Virus record (IMG/VR): IMGVR_UViG_3300006620_000021
DNA length: 64,000 nucleotides
Strand: one strand, 5' to 3'
Source: an uncultured virus (IMG/VR IMGVR_UViG_3300006620_000021)
Lineage: Duplodnaviria; Heunggongvirae; Uroviricota; Caudoviricetes
The stretch's first letter is position 1. Every line of letters begins with the position of its first letter. Under the pieces are notes generated by a model that did no database searches, was not told the DNA's origin, and saw only the letters and a list, made by a program, of their open reading frames with translations. This document shows positions 61,001 through 64,000 of the stretch, one piece after another. A program made the translations under genes and the position numbers.

Positions 61001-63999
61001 GCGTCACTTCCATCAAAAACAATATTGAATATATCATTATTTTGAGTTTGAATTGGGAATCCTCTTCTATTACCATCAAATAACTCACTAAAATCATCAA
61101 TTGTTAGAACTCTGTTACCAATAAATTCCTGATATTTTGCAAGGAATGGTAGATTGAATAGAATCTCGTTAGATACAAGACTTCCATCAACATCAATAGT
61201 TTTTTCTCTACCAATATCAAAGTCTTTAACCGTATTCAAATCTACTAATTGTGTTAAATCAGAGACTGCTAGTAAAGTATTAAGGTTTTGATTTGTGCCG
61301 ATACCAGAGATACTTGGATCATAGGAATCTACAGTCAATTCACTAAACTTCTTAAATCCTGAAGTGTGGTTCAAGTTACTTACTAAAGGATTCCAAACAT
61401 CATATGTAATTGGAGATCTTACTGCATATGAGAAATACTGGTAGTAATCATTATCATGAAGTCTCTGGAACGATTCGTTTACCTTTCCTGTTGACTTCAA
61501 GAATCCTTTTTTGGTTATGCTGTTAGAACTTATAGAATAATTCGCAGAAAGTCCTTCTACAGAAGAGATAACTCCTTTGTTCTGAGATGATTGACCAACA
61601 ATTAAATCATCAACGCCAAATGGTATTTTAGATCTAATTTTTAAATATTCATTACGAATATCATATTTTTGAACAATACCAGTATTACCATCTTGTGCAG
61701 TGATAACTTCACCTTCTCTAAAGGTATCTTTTGCAATAGTAATATCAAATGTTGGGAAGTATGGTTCTGGTGTTACTGTTCCAAAAGAATCAAAGGCATC
61801 ATAATTACCTGGAATCTCTCCTGGTAAGAGGTAGTCCGACAAATCATAGGTAATAGATGGAAGTTCTCCTCCATCATTAGAAACAGCAGTCTCTACAGTA
61901 AATAATGCATATCCATATTGTGATGAGTTGTATCCTTTACCAGTAAGACTGTTATCAATATTAGTATTCTCTACAATTACCTTGTCACCAACTCTAAATG
62001 GTAGTGAATCATCATTTGCAAATGTAACTGCAAATCCAACAGTAACTTTTTTGGTTATATTGTTAAATGTAACTGTTTCAATTCTAATACCATTAGGGTT
62101 ATTTACTGGTAAGATTTTTGGAGTTACGTTGTATAGACCAGTAGTGTTTCTAACGATAGTTACATCAGTATCACCAATATCATATGTTAGTTTAACCTCA
62201 CTATTCAATCTTCCAGTAAAACCATCAAGAACAACTAACTGTGGAGGAATAAAGTAATTTGTACCTGGATTGATAATTTTGATAACTTCTAACTTAGACA
62301 GAGGTTCAATTTTGTAAGTATATGGGAATTGTGCAGATGGACGTAAAGTTTTATCTGATGGATAATCAAATCCAATATCAGTTAAAACTACATCATCAAC
62401 TCGCCCAATAGTTCTACTTTCAGGCAAGAAAATTGCATTCGTTCCAGCAATACTAACAACTTCTTTTACATATGGCAGCTTTCTATATCCTCTACCTATA
62501 GAGTCGATGCTAACCTCTTCTACTGGACCAATAGCGTTAGAAGAACTTGATTTATATGCTAATAATGCCTCAGTGTTACTATATCCTTCTCTCTCTGGAG
62601 TTTCATCAAGAGTGTAATTATACGTGTTTGTAGTTACGCCAGTAATACTAGCTGTAATGGTATACTTACTCTTAACAATTGATAACTTGTTACTATTAAC
62701 AATATTAAACTTATCCGATAATATTTCAAGTTTAGACTGAGCAGCACCATTATATCTAATTGGAACTAAGTTGTAATATAATTCATCGGGCATGTTATCA
62801 TCGATGATCAACTCAAGGTTTGCATCTGGTTGTAAACCGATATCGCCAAATGTTGATACGTTAAAATTATTATTTTCAATTTTGTCATCCGTAATATAAA
62901 ATTCCGTTGTCAGATCGGCATCAGTGTATATACGGAATTGGAATGCTGGTAGTGAATTTGCAGATAAGGAAGGATCAGACAGATCGAATCTAATTGTAGA
63001 ATTTCTAGTACCTAACAACTCTGGATTAATTGGAGAGAGTGTACCAGAAGACTGTGTTTGAATGTCAATTATTTGTACTTCATCACTAGATGATATAACA
63101 TCATAGTAGAAGTTGGAGAGTTGAATAGTATTATCATCAAGAACAATCACATAGTACAATGTACCATTAGACAATCCTTGAGGAGCAGCAGGACCAGATA
63201 ATACAACCTTTTGTCCATTGACAAATCCATGCTGAGTTATCTTAATAGTATTCTCTTCTACAGATACATCAGCATCGACAAAGTTTTTTGGATTTGCAAT
63301 CATCCTACGATTAATATCATCGTAAGCAATTACAACCGAAGTTTGAACACCTGATACTACTTCAAAAGTAATGTCATCATTATCTTGTAGACCATGGTCA
63401 ACCTTTGTTGTTACAGTGGCAACTTTCTTTTGAACATCAGCTTTGATAATAGACGTTTGATTAGTCTCAAAACTATTAGTTTCTGCATTACCATAATCAA
63501 TTAGATCAAATAGTGCTATAGGTGCTGATCCAATACCAGTAAATCCACCTGTGCTACCCACTCCAACAGGAGCTGTTGAAATACCAATAATGTCTGATGA
63601 GAACCTAGCAACATATACATTATCACCATCTTCTAATCTATAATCTGTTACTCCCGTTGATACCTTAATACCATCCTTTCCACTTTCTACTCTGTAAGTT
63701 ATCAAATCATTAGTGTCAAGAGCATGATTTGGTATGTAAAGTCTATGTGTACCTGGAGAAACTATTTTTCTTTCACTTGGTGCAGCATTATCAATAAATC
63801 TAAGTCCAGATTCGCCTACACCCTTAACAATAGCAGATCCTTGAGTGGAATAGTATGTGCTTCTAACAGATCCCAACTCTATCTGTGCTCCCCAAACGTA
63901 AATTGTTGGAGTAGTGAACATTGGCGCTGATTGTGGTCCAAAAGAACCAATTCTCAGTGTGTGAGCTCCTGCACTGGTAGTTGGAGAGAAAGAATATCT
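55063..63999 (-). CDS. gp7: Giant baseplate wedge initiator (gp7-like), 5'-truncated
   Basis: Frame is open to the window edge; contains LHDNDYYQYFSY...HTSGFKKF; sits upstream of gp8. Confidence 0.8.
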   Translation of the reverse strand, partial: RYSFSPTTSAGAHTLRIGSFGPQSAPMFTTPTIYVWGAQIELGSVRSTYYSTQGSAIVKGVGESGLRFIDNAAPSERKIVSPGTHRLYIPNHALDTNDLITYRVESGKDGIKVSTGVTDYRLEDGDNVYVARFSSDIIGISTAPVGVGSTGGFTGIGSAPIALFDLIDYGNAETNSFETNQTSIIKADVQKKVATVTTKVDHGLQDNDDITFEVVSGVQTSVVIAYDDINRRMIANPKNFVDADVSVEENTIKITQHGFVNGQKVVLSGPAAPQGLSNGTLYYVIVLDDNTIQLSNFYYDVISSSDEVQIIDIQTQSSGTLSPINPELLGTRNSTIRFDLSDPSLSANSLPAFQFRIYTDADLTTEFYITDDKIENNNFNVSTFGDIGLQPDANLELIIDDNMPDELYYNLVPIRYNGAAQSKLEILSDKFNIVNSNKLSIVKSKYTITASITGVTTNTYNYTLDETPEREGYSNTEALLAYKSSSSNAIGPVEEVSIDSIGRGYRKLPYVKEVVSIAGTNAIFLPESRTIGRVDDVVLTDIGFDYPSDKTLRPSAQFPYTYKIEPLSKLEVIKIINPGTNYFIPPQLVVLDGFTGRLNSEVKLTYDIGDTDVTIVRNTTGLYNVTPKILPVNNPNGIRIETVTFNNITKKVTVGFAVTFANDDSLPFRVGDKVIVENTNIDNSLTGKGYNSSQYGYALFTVETAVSNDGGELPSITYDLSDYLLPGEIPGNYDAFDSFGTVTPEPYFPTFDITIAKDTFREGEVITAQDGNTGIVQKYDIRNEYLKIRSKIPFGVDDLIVGQSSQNKGVISSVEGLSANYSISSNSITKKGFLKSTGKVNESFQRLHDNDYYQYFSYAVRSPITYDVWNPLVSNLNHTSGFKKFSELTVDSYDPSISGIGTNQNLNTLLAVSDLTQLVDLNTVKDFDIGREKTIDVDGSLVSNEILFNLPFLAKYQEFIGNRVLTIDDFSELFDGNRRGFPIQTQNNDIFNIVFDGSDAAKVSVGEGTLNMLNHYFVSGEVVEYIPPDNNPANSICISATDFGPGIGTTTLLPSRITIIKQDNQKVRVATSATNALQFNPIGVGLTGVGIGSTHIFRSIEPNNRLLITINGTIQSPMVGSAITTASSASIGIGTTVIDVVGVSSIFGGDLIRIDNEIMLIAGVDNTNNKFTVRRGWMGTTDTTHSNNVKIVKQIGNYNVVENNLHFIEGPWGNLPVGFGSTALSNNEIDYTGLTTSSRFSGRIFLRSALSAGFTTQFTDAYDNNYVYDDISNQFNGINTSFYLKYEGKDIDNVVADNTILLIDDIFQGPQRLGNVITNIEGDYKLEAGGGQLLLGFTGEITDPSEHNDINVNQTPRGGVIVSVASKPGYGFQPLVAAGGTAVVSAAGTITNVAIGNSGSGYRSGLQTVNVGIQTKSLFESNITQVGIATIVDGHVVGLAITNPQVFYAPREISNIGYSSITGITTVTTNIAHNLNLGDFVQVVGAAFTCDYYPPVDVTNALYDNVTGIMTVTTGLSTFTVSDFKYDNVSGIATITTIEPMKIVPMTAIGRSFSLAGLALSCVGYGQTFAVSNFQYDNTSGLATVTTTVDHGLSASDDFKMRELIFSCNVGGPTGYGQTFTITQFKYDNITGLSTITTSDPIAGIIGIGSDVRLDNLEFSCPGGSGVTTSIFPDGTQGNTFTVSAVIASDKFELNVGVSTIPHTYIENNAGQVTAGLTTTKFPDGSQGYFFKVNNVGTTTSFTVNVGVSSISHAYVSGGIVQTGITTNIFPGNQQNSPLGDTFSIISAPNWYTLTFNAGVSTIPHSYVSGGNLIFGHKLKVGTDVSLTGLGFTCALDGGVGIHTYPRISDPTYCGTQVTKINSNSEFELNVGVTTVPTFYSSGGIVEEVIIAPRQINNSTSGQDFAANGTSIIQIVDDFTFIIDSGKSPYQHFYKRCGEVRQNLPVVFDAPLGYYNIPLLYKEGTVGFGTGATVDLVPSVDSTILTFEINNFGYGYRATDELIVGLGGTTGIPTFATKTSNAILPVVAGGDYPHTYVGGIASNAVQSGGGYVHTFVSAVTNGVTSNVGNLPNLVTDIVYTASTGDMVITSAGHGLSTSNTISIADNALSLTCTMDGNTATKTYPRSTDPISGIATAITGTTTDTITINVGASPIVNHDVTDATYTPSTGVLQLTIGSHSLTTGTSIKIANGSLTFTCDMDGNATLHSYPRSSDPFYDTAINIDAVTSTTITLNVGISSEVKYPVHNATYDPTSGLSVLTIGTHNLTTGTKIRLANESLLFKCSLDDYNRIEAYPRQYKDRVYGNSIGITSYTADSITVFAGPSVESERYVHEFVGVGSFKPFELTVETTFQSKFSGWNVGEFIVLDKIDPFFNGKRRLFPLAVNSDPISFFAKANSGINLQSNLLVFINDILQTPGEGYEFTGGSTIRFTEAPKGGVTGVTTEGDTAKMFMYTGTQTIDVQTVEVLPSVEVGDELQLYSNRSTTFTEDPRLVMEIKAADKVITNNYAGQGVTLNELFERPLSWSKQLVDKIIDSEFIGKDRVYYEPVINPTTKLIRTVGAGDSVAYVDSVRPFFDNPFEGIGTKEKSIVELVSPDVVDGATAKAVFGVNGTIANVLVENIGYGYTTPPEVVIAAPIDGQQAEAGSQIGVGGTVTQINVGVAGTGYDSGPMSSITVREQGGGFPSTIEPGTNTFVGARLKSETGVGVGAIANIEISPLNFNVAAINVVEGGKNYKVGDILFIDTFDNVGLGTSSRGFRLSNPVKFNVASILPPPVLVAPPKRFKEECAFVTYTGDYGMIVGVGTTTIGAGTSLGLALDMYIPMDSEIRRSLGITLTEIAPGDYFQLTNSNFVSAAQTSLGSDGSVIGISTECADMVYECFSVSTKQAVIPAGLNGLGTTVGFGTTVSTVVVALQSAGSNNVVGLATTAYYGTYSFGKIGLPVRTKKKEFAVTNGTSQAGITTNPVVRRKNPLKFRGYIS

Positions 64000-64000
64000 C

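Noticed and set aside
1..64000. tRNA, rRNA, CRISPR arrays, transposases, stop-codon reassignment
   Set aside because: None seen by eye; intergenic gaps are short and core genes translate intact with the standard code. A covariance-model scan was not run.

Overview
This is the core region of a T4-like myovirus. Gene content and order (hsp20, cobS/VWA-peptidase pair, VrlC/DUF4815-type protein, giant gp7) point to a cyanophage-type (Kyanoviridae-like) genome; the host is inferred and no photosynthesis genes lie in the window. Almost all genes are on the minus strand. Reading right to left: baseplate gp7 (5'-truncated), gp8, a 2575-aa structural protein, gp13-16, a cluster of basic modular proteins, gp17-23, gp3, uvsY/uvsW, gp55, gp47/46, an epimerase, peptidase-VWA/cobS, gp45/44/62, Dam, regA, hsp20, gp43 and the start of uvsX. 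Main highlights: (1) a plus-strand cassette between portal and prohead protease encoding a GT25-like glycosyltransferase and two paralogous cobalamin-dependent radical SAM enzymes, next to a DSBH oxygenase-like gene; (2) a G_GGA_AAG -1 frameshift signal with a Shine-Dalgarno-like element 10 nt upstream that would fuse two ORFs into an 830-aa polyprotein of small basic modules separated by prohead-protease-like sites, next to a gene with a T4-style capsid-targeting N-terminus; (3) a ROSE-like RNA thermometer before hsp20; (4) five-level nested domain repeats in gp7; (5) a nuclease-like ORF coupled to Dam; (6) a near-consensus antisense sigma70 promoter. Family assignments come from motif recognition and synteny, not from database searches.
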